26,121 nucleotides of DNA from a virus (Duplodnaviria; Caudoviricetes): the IMG/VR virus record IMGVR_UViG_3300038393_003171, positions 1-26,121 of that record; one strand, given 5' to 3'. The notes below the pieces were generated by a model that was given only the letters and a program-made list of their open reading frames with translations, made no database searches and was not told the DNA's origin. Numbering within the stretch: the first letter of the stretch is position 1; every line of letters starts with the position of its first letter. The translations under genes and the position numbers were made by a program. Below, piece after piece: positions 16,901 through 24,643 of this stretch.

Positions 16901-19191
16901 CGGGCTCTGCGGCCACGGTGGTCAATGGGATTATGAATGGCGGCTCCAGCGGCAGCGGATTCAGTCCTGGCAATGCCGGCAGTCTCATCGGCAACCTTGG
17001 CAGCCTCGGCGGCTACTTTGGTGCTGGCGGCATGATGGGGGCGTTGTCCGCTGGCGCTGGCTGGATGACTGGCGCAACGACCTTCACGGGGGCTCTATCA
17101 GCCGCAGGTTCTCTTATTGGCACTGGGACGATGGGCGGTGTCATGTCTGGGGCCATGATGGGCCTTGGCGCTGTTGCGCCGTACCTGGCAGCGGCTTATG
17201 CGCTATACAAGGTGTTCGGCCGTGGAGGTACGCCGCACCGCGGCGGCGCCTACACCATAGACACGGACGGCACTGACGCTCGCGCAGCCACGTTCTCCAA
17301 TACGCCGGGCTTCGGCCTGGAGTGGGGTGCCTATCGGTCGGATCGCTCTGCAGACGTTGACAAGGCTGTCCAGGGACTTACGACCAGCATCGCCGGCACC
17401 ATCGGCGCGGCCCTGCGCACCTTCAGCCTCGGCACAGCCACGGTCGCGGCCAAGTTCGCCTCCGACAACGACGACCCGAGCCGCGGCGGACTGCTGGTGC
17501 GTGGTACTGACGGCCGGGTGCTCATCAACTCTGATGGGCGCTATAACAAATCGGCCACCAAGGGTTTCGAGGAATTCGCCAACGACGCCGGCCGCCTGGT
17601 GCGCGATGCGCTCGTAAATGCCGACCTGCCTGGCTGGGCCGACGAGGTGCTGCGGTCCATCGGGGATGCACCAAGTCTTGATGCCATTCAGGCCGCGGTG
17701 CAGGAAATACAGGCACTGGTTGATGCGTCCAAGACGTTGGGAGTGACACTGGGCATCACCCAAGGCCAACTCATCGCCATGGCTCGCGACATGGGCGGGG
17801 CCAGCAACTTTGCTTCGGCCGCTGGTAGCTATGTTGATGCAATCTACTCGGATGCCGAGAAGATCAGCGCAGCACAGCGCTCCCTGGCCCACGCCTTCGA
17901 CGAACTAGGCCTGGCCGCACCCAGCAGCCGTGAGCAGTTTCGGTCTCTTGTTGAGGCTCAGAACCTAAACACCGAAGCAGGCCGGCGCATGTATGAGCAG
18001 CTCATACTGCTGGCGCCCGTGTTCGGGCAAATACAGGACGCTGCGGCGCAGGCCGCCCAAGAACAGGCTCAGAAGGCTGCTGCACTCCAGCAGGAGCGGC
18101 GTGGCATCGAGCAGCAGATTCTGCAGTTGGAGGGCAACAAGACCGAGTTGCGCCGGCGCGAGCTAGATCAACTTGATCCGTCGAACCGCGCACTGCAGCA
18201 GTACCTCTACACGCTGCAGGACGCGCAGGAAGCGGCCCAGCAGGCAGCGGCTGTGCAGCAGCAGCGTTCGGGGCTGGAAACGACCCTGTTGCAACTGCAG
18301 GGTGACACCACAGAACTGCGCCGCCGCGAGCTTGAGGCCCTGGACCCGGCCAATCGCGCTATCCAGCAGCTCATCTACAACCTGCAGGACCAGCAGTCGG
18401 CCACGGAAAAGGCGGCCCAGGTAGCCGAGCAGCGCAAGGGGCTGGAGACGCAGCTACTGGAACTGCAGGGCAACACGGCCGAATTGCGGCGCCGGGAACT
18501 AGCGGCGCTGGACCCATCCAACCGCGCACTGCAGGAGCAAATCTATGCCCTGCAGGACGCGGCCAAGGCCGCTGAAGAAGCGCAGAAGCTACGCGATGCC
18601 TGGAAGTCGGTCGGTGACACGATTGCCGATGAAATCCGGCGCATCAGGGGCCTTGGGGCCACGCAGGACAACAGCTATGCCTACCTGCAGGCGCAGTTCG
18701 CCACCGCCACGGCACAGGCCCGCGCAGGCGATCAAGACGCGGCGAAGAAGCTGCCCGAACTGAGCAAGGCGCTGCTGGATGCCGCAAACAACAGCGCCGG
18801 AACGGCGGCCGATCTGGCACGCATCCAGGCCGCTACGGCGGCCAGCCTCGAAACAACGATGCGCTTGCTGCAGAGCCTGGGCGTCGATGTTCCGGCCTTT
18901 GCCTCTGGCGGCCTGTTCGGCGGCGGTGTGCGGCTGGTAGGCGAGAACGGCCCCGAGTTGGAAGTGACCGGCCCGAGCCGCATCTTCAACGCCGAGCAGA
19001 CGGCACGCTTCCTGGCCGGCGGCGGCATGGAGGTGGCGCTACGCACGCTGCAGTCCGCTGTCGAAAAGTTGCGCCTTGATATGCGCACTGGCCACGCCAA
19101 GATCATCGACAACACCGGCATTTCTGCGCGGGTGCTGGATGAGGCTGCCCAGGGCGCCAGGCCCCTCAACACCACGGACGCCTCGGCATGA
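13984..19191 (+). CDS. Tail tape measure protein
   Basis: 1735 aa, Ala/Gln/Leu-rich and helical; lambda-type motif QMTDIITQLQGGQAPLTILIQQGGQLADVFGG; C-terminal PAFASGG...VGENGPEL; AAGGA RBS. Confidence 0.95.
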   Translation: MAGEQGGASGGVSGGTHAELGIGVNTTQGEQGLDRFDRRLQETATRARESGAAASRGFAQFGPAVEQAAKQADAATKRAMSQLQRQIAEYQAQINNISRTEAIAPFRGFDTNNAAFQALAQQLREVRAEAERVARTNTFTEGLDRQIEQTQRKLLQLQQQFAAVGGDRVALAATALDATAVAAGRAAAEMQHLAAAQAGAGHAADAQIAQLQRLVAMQTQAASALSRQQEINAFTKAVEGEAAALQRTHAQMLELRAAELGLTQQLGPLIAKIKEAEQGFTGMGKAQKLAHQQMALIGPQMTDIITQLQGGQAPLTILIQQGGQLADVFGGVGKAIKGVGQFLLAQLTNPVVLLSGAIIGLGAAYLKGAEESAAFARSITLTGNAAGITEGQFNAMARSIAESTNTTIGSARSTLQTLVSSGQLSGDALTKAATATQLLSKVTGESADTIAKRFADAADSPSKFAAELNKQYHILSAAQQKQIKELEDQGRTQEALTKTFDALNERLDKAAKNMSYVEHAWEALKVAASKPIDFIINWGRNGTIEDALSDAQRRLDELRSPTPFKNGTLKEALDYTMAQATGQGDKFVQGAIAAQQALVDRLHETVKLGQSVAQSSADRVKSENAIAAALDAQNTYKGKQAQLDKALGDYYTKINAALIAPTITEELRNQILASIPKDVAEIREKFKENKGSNAGFNAENRAEVETVRQAEQIKLEIIKQAQDAAAALRQMNHMSETDAIQEQMRLDLQAMQVRRDSLLQQAAIVKNKENSQGEARNLERQAAVIEEQMTTRRLKGEKELAVVRERLVQLGKDNAAQQFADALKEETEAATKAADSRREYLNTLYDQRDALADEQKLLDLEISMLGRSDEERRTAVETLKIQLKLEKDLQELRRGDKYSPEAEKQLEANAAKQIAQVQQKVYLDEWKKTSDQIEQALMNALMNGGKSGADYIRGLFRSMVLQPVLKAIVQPVAGSAATVVNGIMNGGSSGSGFSPGNAGSLIGNLGSLGGYFGAGGMMGALSAGAGWMTGATTFTGALSAAGSLIGTGTMGGVMSGAMMGLGAVAPYLAAAYALYKVFGRGGTPHRGGAYTIDTDGTDARAATFSNTPGFGLEWGAYRSDRSADVDKAVQGLTTSIAGTIGAALRTFSLGTATVAAKFASDNDDPSRGGLLVRGTDGRVLINSDGRYNKSATKGFEEFANDAGRLVRDALVNADLPGWADEVLRSIGDAPSLDAIQAAVQEIQALVDASKTLGVTLGITQGQLIAMARDMGGASNFASAAGSYVDAIYSDAEKISAAQRSLAHAFDELGLAAPSSREQFRSLVEAQNLNTEAGRRMYEQLILLAPVFGQIQDAAAQAAQEQAQKAAALQQERRGIEQQILQLEGNKTELRRRELDQLDPSNRALQQYLYTLQDAQEAAQQAAAVQQQRSGLETTLLQLQGDTTELRRRELEALDPANRAIQQLIYNLQDQQSATEKAAQVAEQRKGLETQLLELQGNTAELRRRELAALDPSNRALQEQIYALQDAAKAAEEAQKLRDAWKSVGDTIADEIRRIRGLGATQDNSYAYLQAQFATATAQARAGDQDAAKKLPELSKALLDAANNSAGTAADLARIQAATAASLETTMRLLQSLGVDVPAFASGGLFGGGVRLVGENGPELEVTGPSRIFNAEQTARFLAGGGMEVALRTLQSAVEKLRLDMRTGHAKIIDNTGISARVLDEAAQGARPLNTTDASA
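18076..18579 (+). repeat. Three tandem 168-nt (56-aa) repeats inside the tape measure
   Basis: Units start at 18076, 18244 and 18412; consensus AA...R.G(L/I)E...L(Q/E)L(Q/E)G...ELRRREL..LDP.NRA.Q...Y.LQD. Confidence 0.92.
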
Positions 19192-20069
19192 AGCTCCTTC
19201 GCCCCCTGACCGTCACGGACGCGGAACTGACCAGCTCCACCGTCGCGGAAACAGACGCCGCCGCTTACAACGCGGGCACCACTTACGCGGCCGGCGCCAA
19301 GGTGCTGTACCAGCACCGTGTCTATGAATCGGCGGCGGATGGCAACGTTGGGAACACCCCTTCCACGTCGCCCGATAAGTGGACCAACACAGGCCCGTCA
19401 AACCGATGGGCCATGTTCGACCGCGCCGTAGGCACGCTGACGAAGACCGGGGCCACGCTCACGGTGGTCATGCAGGCTGGCTTGATCGACGCGCTGGCTT
19501 TTCTTGAAACACAGGCGGCCAGCGCGGTGATCCGGCTGGTGAATGACACCACCACTGTCTTCCTCAAAACCGTCAGCTTTGAAGCTGGCGGCAAGGCCAT
19601 TACGGACTGGTATCAGTACTTCACTGCTCCTGTCGGCCGCGCACGAAGCATGGTAATTGAGAACATCCCCATGTACGCCGACGCCACACTCACCGTGACG
19701 CTGACGCACGAATCAGCGGTCGAGTGCGGGGCCATGCTGCTGGGGACCATATACCCGCTCGGCGAGACACAGGCCAGACCTCAACTGAGCTTCAGCGACT
19801 ACAGCCTCAAGGAAACCAACGCCTTCGGCGTCACGGACTTTGTGGAGCGCGCTTGGGCGAAGAAGGCATCGCTGCAGGTGGTGGTCCCTACCTCGTCGGT
19901 GGACGACATCCTCAGCGAGCTCGTGAGCGTTCGGGCGCGTCCTGTCCTCTACATCGGTGACAAGCGTTTGGACTGGCTGCGCATCTATGGCCTGGCCAGG
20001 CGTGCGGAGGTCACCGTGGAATACATCGACTTTAGCTATCTCACGCTGGAGCTTGAAGGGCTGATCTAG
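19188..20069 (+). CDS. Tail-tip / distal tail-like protein with an N-terminal CBM5/12-like module
   Basis: ATGA overlap with the tape measure; AYNAGTTYAAGAKVLYQHRVYES....N.GN.P.....W, then GPSNRWAMFD and DYS.KE...FG....VER motifs. Confidence 0.7.
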   Translation: MKLLRPLTVTDAELTSSTVAETDAAAYNAGTTYAAGAKVLYQHRVYESAADGNVGNTPSTSPDKWTNTGPSNRWAMFDRAVGTLTKTGATLTVVMQAGLIDALAFLETQAASAVIRLVNDTTTVFLKTVSFEAGGKAITDWYQYFTAPVGRARSMVIENIPMYADATLTVTLTHESAVECGAMLLGTIYPLGETQARPQLSFSDYSLKETNAFGVTDFVERAWAKKASLQVVVPTSSVDDILSELVSVRARPVLYIGDKRLDWLRIYGLARRAEVTVEYIDFSYLTLELEGLI

Positions 20070-20089
20070 TCCCTGACGCAACAACACGC

Positions 20090-20113
20090 AAGCCGCCTTC
20101 GGGCGGCTTTTTT
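20090..20113 (+). terminator. Rho-independent terminator
   Basis: AAGCCGCC-TTCG-GGCGGCTT followed by TTTT; C(UUCG)G tetraloop. Confidence 0.88.
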
Positions 20114-20133
20114 CATGCCCGCTTGGAGCCCGA

Positions 20134-21519
20134 ATGAGCGGAACCAAAGAAGTCGGCGCCTTGGAGTTGGGCGGCGAGCAGCCACCGCTGCCGCCACCGC
20201 CTCCACCGCCGCCGCCCCCACCGCCGGCTGGCGAGCCCCCGCCCCCGCCCCCGCCTCCCCCACCACCACCTCCACCGCCCCCGCCGCCGCCTCCCCTCAT
20301 ACCCCCAGGACTCACGCAAATCATGCCAATCACTCCCTTGCCGACTGCGCCATCGCGCGACCGGCCCGGCACGTTCGTCCCCGAGGCGAACGCTTTCCTT
20401 GGCGCCCTGCCGAACCTGGGCACGGAAATCAACACCGTGTCAACGCAGATGATGAGCCTGGAGGCCAGCACATATGCCGCCATGCAGCAGGCGCAGCAGG
20501 CGGCAATCAACGCTGCGGCATCTGTCAACAGCCCGACGTACACGGGCTCCAGTATTTCAAGCCTCGCGCTGACCGTTGGACTCAAGACGGTTTCTGTGCC
20601 GGCCGAGAAGAACTGGAACGCCGGGATGATCCTGCAGCTCTGGAACGATGCCACTCACTTTATGAGCGGCACCGTCACGAGCTACAGCGGCACGACGATG
20701 ACCATCCTGATCACGAACGTCACGGGCACCGGGACATTTACTTCGTGGCAAATCAGCGTTCTGCCATCTATCACGGGGCTGACCGATGAGCACGTAATTA
20801 CTGCCCTCGGCTACACGCCGCCGCGCCCGAACGGCACCGGCGCAACGGGCGTTTGGCCGATCAGCATCACCGGCAATGCCGCCACTGTCACGACGCTGAC
20901 GCGCACGCAGATTGCGACGGCACTGGGCTACACGCCACCCGGGCCTACGGGGGCAGGTGCTTCTGGCACATGGCCTATCAACATCGCCGGCACCGCTGCA
21001 GCCGTGCCGTGGACCGGGGTATCTGGACGCCCAGACGCGCTGTCGGACCTGGCCAACGATGTGGGGTTCATCACCACCAACGGCCGGGCCTTCCCGCGCC
21101 GAGCGGACGGTTCTGCCTGGAACCTGAACTGGAGTGGTCAATCCGGCCAGCCATCGTGGTTGCTTGGCTCCAACAACGGCGTGGACTTCTACCCGTGGAA
21201 CCCAGACAACTTCAGCGTCAACCGCGCCGACACCGCAGGCATAGCTGATCTGGCCAGCGCGGTCCCCTGGACAGGCGTTTCTGGCCGCCCGGTCAACGTG
21301 AGCTCGTTCGCCAATGACGTGGGCTACGCGCCGCAATCGTGGGTTATCAGCAACTTCTTCGGAGCCATTGAGCACCGCGACACGTTCTCTCCAGTGGGTC
21401 TGCCGCTTAACTACTACACGTTCACTGTGAGGGGCCTGGAGGACGGCGGCGGCACGCTCATCATTTACCGCGACGCGGTTTATAGCCCGGTCCCTGGCGA
21501 CGGCGGCGGTAGTGGCTGA
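20134..21519 (+). CDS. Tail fibre protein with an N-terminal polyproline extension (alternative start 20323)
   Basis: GGAG before ATG 20134; MPITPLPTAPSR..P.TF...A.AFL.ALP at 20323 looks like a typical fibre N-terminus; internal ALGYTP and VPWTGVSGRP repeats; followed by a fibre chaperone. Confidence 0.78.
   Translation: MSGTKEVGALELGGEQPPLPPPPPPPPPPPPAGEPPPPPPPPPPPPPPPPPPPPLIPPGLTQIMPITPLPTAPSRDRPGTFVPEANAFLGALPNLGTEINTVSTQMMSLEASTYAAMQQAQQAAINAAASVNSPTYTGSSISSLALTVGLKTVSVPAEKNWNAGMILQLWNDATHFMSGTVTSYSGTTMTILITNVTGTGTFTSWQISVLPSITGLTDEHVITALGYTPPRPNGTGATGVWPISITGNAATVTTLTRTQIATALGYTPPGPTGAGASGTWPINIAGTAAAVPWTGVSGRPDALSDLANDVGFITTNGRAFPRRADGSAWNLNWSGQSGQPSWLLGSNNGVDFYPWNPDNFSVNRADTAGIADLASAVPWTGVSGRPVNVSSFANDVGYAPQSWVISNFFGAIEHRDTFSPVGLPLNYYTFTVRGLEDGGGTLIIYRDAVYSPVPGDGGGSG
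20182..20307 (+). repeat. (CCN)n polyproline tract
   Basis: Runs of 12 (20191-20226) and 20 (20236-20295) consecutive Pro codons; 36 of 42 codons are Pro; all four CCN codons are used. Confidence 0.92.
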
Positions 21520-21573
21520 TGAATAAGCGACGGCATTCGTGCCGAAGTTGTTCTATCAACCGTTGGGGAAATA

Positions 21574-21987
21574 ATGGAAGAATTTAAGCAGTTTCTCTGC
21601 ATCAAGAATGGTGCAGTGGTCGGCCGCGCTTTCGCTCTGGAGTCGCGCGCGGGAATCACAGGCGACGACGAGTGGCGAGAAATCACGCCCGAGCAGATGG
21701 AGCAGTTTGAGGCGGGTATGAAATTCGTGCCCAACGACGAAGGCGGCTTCAACATATCCCCCATGCCGCCGGAAATTCACGCCTTTCTGGCTGTTGACAA
21801 ACGCAACCGGCTGCTGGCGGCCTCGGACTACACCCAGGTTCCCGACTACGACATCAGTGATGAGCTGCGCGCCGCTTGGGCCGATTACCGGCAGCAGTTG
21901 CGCGATCTGACCGACCTTCCTGGCTTCCCATTGAGCTTCAACTGGCCGCAATCGCCTGATGAAAAAGCGGCCGAGGCTGCGGCATAG
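21574..21987 (+). CDS. Tail fibre assembly chaperone (Phage_tail_APC / Tfa-like)
   Basis: RNRLLAASDYTQVPD......AW..YRQQLRDL...PGFP....WP..P. Confidence 0.88.
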   Translation: MEEFKQFLCIKNGAVVGRAFALESRAGITGDDEWREITPEQMEQFEAGMKFVPNDEGGFNISPMPPEIHAFLAVDKRNRLLAASDYTQVPDYDISDELRAAWADYRQQLRDLTDLPGFPLSFNWPQSPDEKAAEAAA

Positions 21988-22036
21988 CCGCGCTCGTCCT
22001 GCGCCGCCGCGGGCTGATGTTTTCCAAGGAGGCGCA

Positions 22037-22240
22037 ATGCCGAATCGACAGAACAAGACAGCGCTCACGGACGAGGAGGTCCAGGCGCTGCGTGATCTGC
22101 TGGAGCGAGATAGGCGCGTGACGTGGCTGTGGTCTACAGCGCGCACATGGGCTGTGTGGATTGCCGCTGTGGTTGGCGGCGTAACCATCGGGTGGGACAC
22201 GCTCGCAAAGATCGTGCGCTCACTCGGCAAAGGAGGCTGA
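22037..22240 (+). CDS. Small single-TM membrane protein, candidate holin
   Basis: Strong AAGGAGG RBS before ATG 22037; 67 aa; hydrophobic WAVWIAAVVGGVTIGW; first gene of the lysis region. Confidence 0.6.
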   Translation: MPNRQNKTALTDEEVQALRDLLERDRRVTWLWSTARTWAVWIAAVVGGVTIGWDTLAKIVRSLGKGG

Positions 22241-22244
22241 CCGA

Positions 22245-22724
22245 ATGGGACACGCGACGGACATGCTGTATCGCCTGCGGTGGTTTGCAACCAGCATGCT
22301 GGTGCTTTGCCTTGGGCAAGTCCTGGTATGGGCTTTCGACCGAGAACCTCCGATCCGACTCGTCGGCTATGCCGTCGAGCGCCCCGTCCACCCAGGAGGC
22401 CCACTGCGCATCACGCTCTCCGTCGAGCGCGACATGCGCCAAGCCTGCGACGTACAGATCACGCGGTACATCGTTGATGGCCGCGGATTTCGCTTCTACC
22501 TGCCTCAGATCGGCCTGGACGCGCACGCCATTGCCGAGCTGCATGCCACCACACGCGACGAGAACCGAATCCTCTTGCAGATGCCCGACGACGCGGCACC
22601 GGGCGAGGCGCGATACGGCAACGCCTTGAGCTACGTCTGCAACCCGGTCCACAAGCTGTGGCCGGTGCGCGTGGCCTTTGAGGTTCCTTTCGACCTCACC
22701 CCCGTACCGGCCAAGGAGAGGTAG
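22245..22724 (+). CDS. N-terminally membrane-anchored protein with a predicted periplasmic beta-sandwich domain
   Basis: AAGGAGG RBS within the end of the previous gene; hydrophobic WFATSMLVLCLGQVLVWAF, then DREPP...C...YVCNPVH.LWP. Confidence 0.7.
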   Translation: MGHATDMLYRLRWFATSMLVLCLGQVLVWAFDREPPIRLVGYAVERPVHPGGPLRITLSVERDMRQACDVQITRYIVDGRGFRFYLPQIGLDAHAIAELHATTRDENRILLQMPDDAAPGEARYGNALSYVCNPVHKLWPVRVAFEVPFDLTPVPAKER

Positions 22725-22726
22725 CT

Positions 22727-23056
22727 GTGGACATGGACCTTCCCCCAATCCCAACCCGCGTGCTGTGGGACGGACGCCTGTGTGTCATCCAACACGAGGG
22801 CATGCGACTGGAGATGCCTTCGCTGCCATGCGTGCCCGGCCTGTGCCTGCATGCCAAGCACGCCACGGACCGCTACCACTGCAAGCATGTCGCTCGGCTG
22901 GACTACGCGCCCGCGGTGCGCGTTCAGGAGATCAGGGAGTCTGCTGGAGAGCGGCGCGAAATGACCGGCAGTGAAGCCACGGCACTCCATGCTTGGATGA
23001 CGCTGCTGGTAACGGACGTCAGAGCGGCGGCCTATCGGCTGGCCGCTGGAGGTTAG
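22727..23056 (+). CDS. Hypothetical protein
   Basis: 109 aa; AAGGAGAGG upstream of GTG 22727 / ATG 22733; fills the gap between its neighbours exactly. Confidence 0.6.
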   Translation: MDMDLPPIPTRVLWDGRLCVIQHEGMRLEMPSLPCVPGLCLHAKHATDRYHCKHVARLDYAPAVRVQEIRESAGERREMTGSEATALHAWMTLLVTDVRAAAYRLAAGG

Positions 23057-23058
23057 GC

Positions 23059-23508
23059 GTGGACCTAGATACGAACCTGACCCGGCAGCTCCGGGGTGAT
23101 GAGGGCGTGGAGCCGTGCGTCTATAAGGACCACCTGGGCTTCGACACCATCGGCGTGGGGCGCCTCGTGGACAAGCGCAAGGCTGGCGCCGGCCTGCGCC
23201 CGGTGGAAATCGACTTTCTGCTCAAGAACGACATCGAGGACCGCAAGACAAGGCTGGCCGCACGGCTGCCGTGGTTCCCGGGCCTGGACCCGGTGCGCCA
23301 GGGCGTGCTGCTCAACATGAGCTTCCAACTCGGTATGGACGGCCTGCTGGGCTTCGTGAACACGCTGGCGCTGGTGCAGCGTGGCGACTATGCCGGTGCC
23401 GCGGTAAACATGCTCAAGAGCCTGTGGGCGCAGCAGACGCCCGAACGCGCGCACCGCATGGCCGAGCAGATGCGTGGCGGTGTGTGGCAGTACGCGCGCG
23501 GGGCCTGA
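23059..23508 (+). CDS. Endolysin, T4-lysozyme-like (GH24)
   Basis: GTG 23059 after GGAGG; 149 aa; catalytic E-x8-D-x5-T in DEGVEPCVYKDHLGFDTIGVG; NMSFQLG and SLWAQQTPERA motifs; no SAR or signal domain. Confidence 0.93.
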   Translation: MDLDTNLTRQLRGDEGVEPCVYKDHLGFDTIGVGRLVDKRKAGAGLRPVEIDFLLKNDIEDRKTRLAARLPWFPGLDPVRQGVLLNMSFQLGMDGLLGFVNTLALVQRGDYAGAAVNMLKSLWAQQTPERAHRMAEQMRGGVWQYARGA

Positions 23509-23509
23509 A

Positions 23510-24040
23510 ATGGACCTTGACTGGAAGCAGATCGTCGGCACGGTCGCACCCACGCTGGCTACGGCCCTGGGTGGGCCGCTGGCCGGCATGGCAACGCGCG
23601 CCGTTGCTGGTGCCGTGCTGGGCACTGAGGACGCCCCTGATGACGCCGTGCAGGCCGCAGTGCTGGCCGGCGGCCCCGAGGTGCTGGTGAAGCTGCGCGA
23701 GGCTGACCGTAACTTTGCAGTTCGCATGCGCGAGCTGGACGTAGACCTGGAACGCATCGCCGCGGGCGACCGCGAGAGCGCGCGCCAGCGCGAGAGCCGC
23801 ACCAGCGACAGCGCCACGCCGCGCTGGCTGGCTTTCCTGATCACGGTGGGATTCTTCGGCGCCCTGTTCTGGCTGCTGGTCAACGGCAAGCCGGAACAGG
23901 GCGGCGACGCGCTGCTCGTGATGCTGGGCTCGCTGGGAACGGCGTGGAGCGGTGTCATTGCGTACTACTTCGGCAGCACCAAGAGCTCGTCTGAAAAAAC
24001 CGCGCTGATCGCGCGTGCAACTGGAGGAACCAAGCAATGA
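23510..24040 (+). CDS. Putative holin-like membrane protein (3TM GTA-holin-like)
   Basis: ATG 23510, 176 aa; VAPTLATALGGPLAG, DRESARQRE, two C-terminal hydrophobic helices and YYFGS; directly after the endolysin. Confidence 0.7.
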   Translation: MDLDWKQIVGTVAPTLATALGGPLAGMATRAVAGAVLGTEDAPDDAVQAAVLAGGPEVLVKLREADRNFAVRMRELDVDLERIAAGDRESARQRESRTSDSATPRWLAFLITVGFFGALFWLLVNGKPEQGGDALLVMLGSLGTAWSGVIAYYFGSTKSSSEKTALIARATGGTKQ

Positions 24041-24369
24041 GCGAAGCACTGAAAAAGAGGGCGGCGATGCTGGCCCTGTGGTTGGTCTGCATGCCGCTGG
24101 GCGCCTTTTCTGCCGTCCGCATGCTGTGGGCGGCGGTGAGCAACCCGGCCAAGGCTTTCGACCTGGCCAAGGGGTTTGACCTGCTGGGCAACGTCGCGTT
24201 CAACGGTGCCTTGGGCGAGTTGATCAGCTCGCGCGCCGGCAAGCAGCAGCGGCAGGGCCGGCGGTGGGCATGCGTCCTATGCCGGTTGCTCGACTACATC
24301 GAGCGCGACCACTGCGAAAAGAACATCCAGCCCAACGTTGGCGACCCCGTTCCCCCAAAGACGAAGTGA
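24037..24369 (+). CDS. Conserved phage membrane-associated protein (D..GN...G...E.ISSR.GK...W...LC..L.....DHC)
   Basis: ATGA overlap; GGAGG RBS; N-terminal hydrophobic helix. Confidence 0.75.
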   Translation: MSEALKKRAAMLALWLVCMPLGAFSAVRMLWAAVSNPAKAFDLAKGFDLLGNVAFNGALGELISSRAGKQQRQGRRWACVLCRLLDYIERDHCEKNIQPNVGDPVPPKTK

Positions 24370-24376
24370 GGACGCG

Positions 24377-24643
24377 ATGGCAGCACCTGACGCATTTATC
24401 GGCAACGCCCCGGGCCTGGACAGCCCGGCCACCAAGTGGTTCGCCGTCACCCCCGACGACAACACGGACCTGCAGGCGAAGCCTCGCGCGCTGTGGATCG
24501 GCGGCGCCGGCAACGTGGCGATCAACAACGGCTCGCAAACCGTGACGCTCCAGAGCGTGCCGGCCGGAACGCTATTGCCTTTGCGGCCCGACCGGGTGAT
24601 GGCAACGGGCACCACGGCCAGCGGCATCGTGGCGCTCTACTGA
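24377..24643 (+). CDS. Head spike base protein, RcGTA Rcc01079-like
   Basis: ATG 24377 after GAGG; 88 aa; LDSPA...AVTPDD.TDL...PRAL.IG.AG.V...AG.LLPLRP.RV.ATGTTA matches my recollection of Rcc01079 along its whole length. Confidence 0.82.
   Translation: MAAPDAFIGNAPGLDSPATKWFAVTPDDNTDLQAKPRALWIGGAGNVAINNGSQTVTLQSVPAGTLLPLRPDRVMATGTTASGIVALY

Noticed and set aside
18076-18579. CRISPR-like or non-coding repeat array
   Set aside because: The repeats are in-frame, synonymously diverged coding units without spacers; the same holds for 5169-5513.
19713-20654. Minus-strand poly-Gly ORF or G-quadruplex
   Set aside because: It is the antisense of the Pro tract and overlaps two real genes and a terminator; the strict CCN phase is explained by + strand coding. 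A G4 role cannot be excluded but has no independent support.
20134-22040. Diversity-generating retroelement or invertible fibre cassette
   Set aside because: No reverse transcriptase or invertase, no adenine-specific TR/VR pair and no inverted fibre-tip copies in the window.
22245-22340. Lipoprotein (o-spanin) signal at LVLC; also WLVC in the 24037 gene
   Set aside because: The residue before Cys is Leu or Val rather than Gly/Ala/Ser, and hydrophobic sequence continues past the Cys.
1-24643. Gene transfer agent, suggested by the Rcc01079-like and GTA-holin-like genes
   Set aside because: The 1735-aa lambda-type tape measure, tube family and lack of an RcGTA megatron/NlpC tip indicate an ordinary long-tailed phage.
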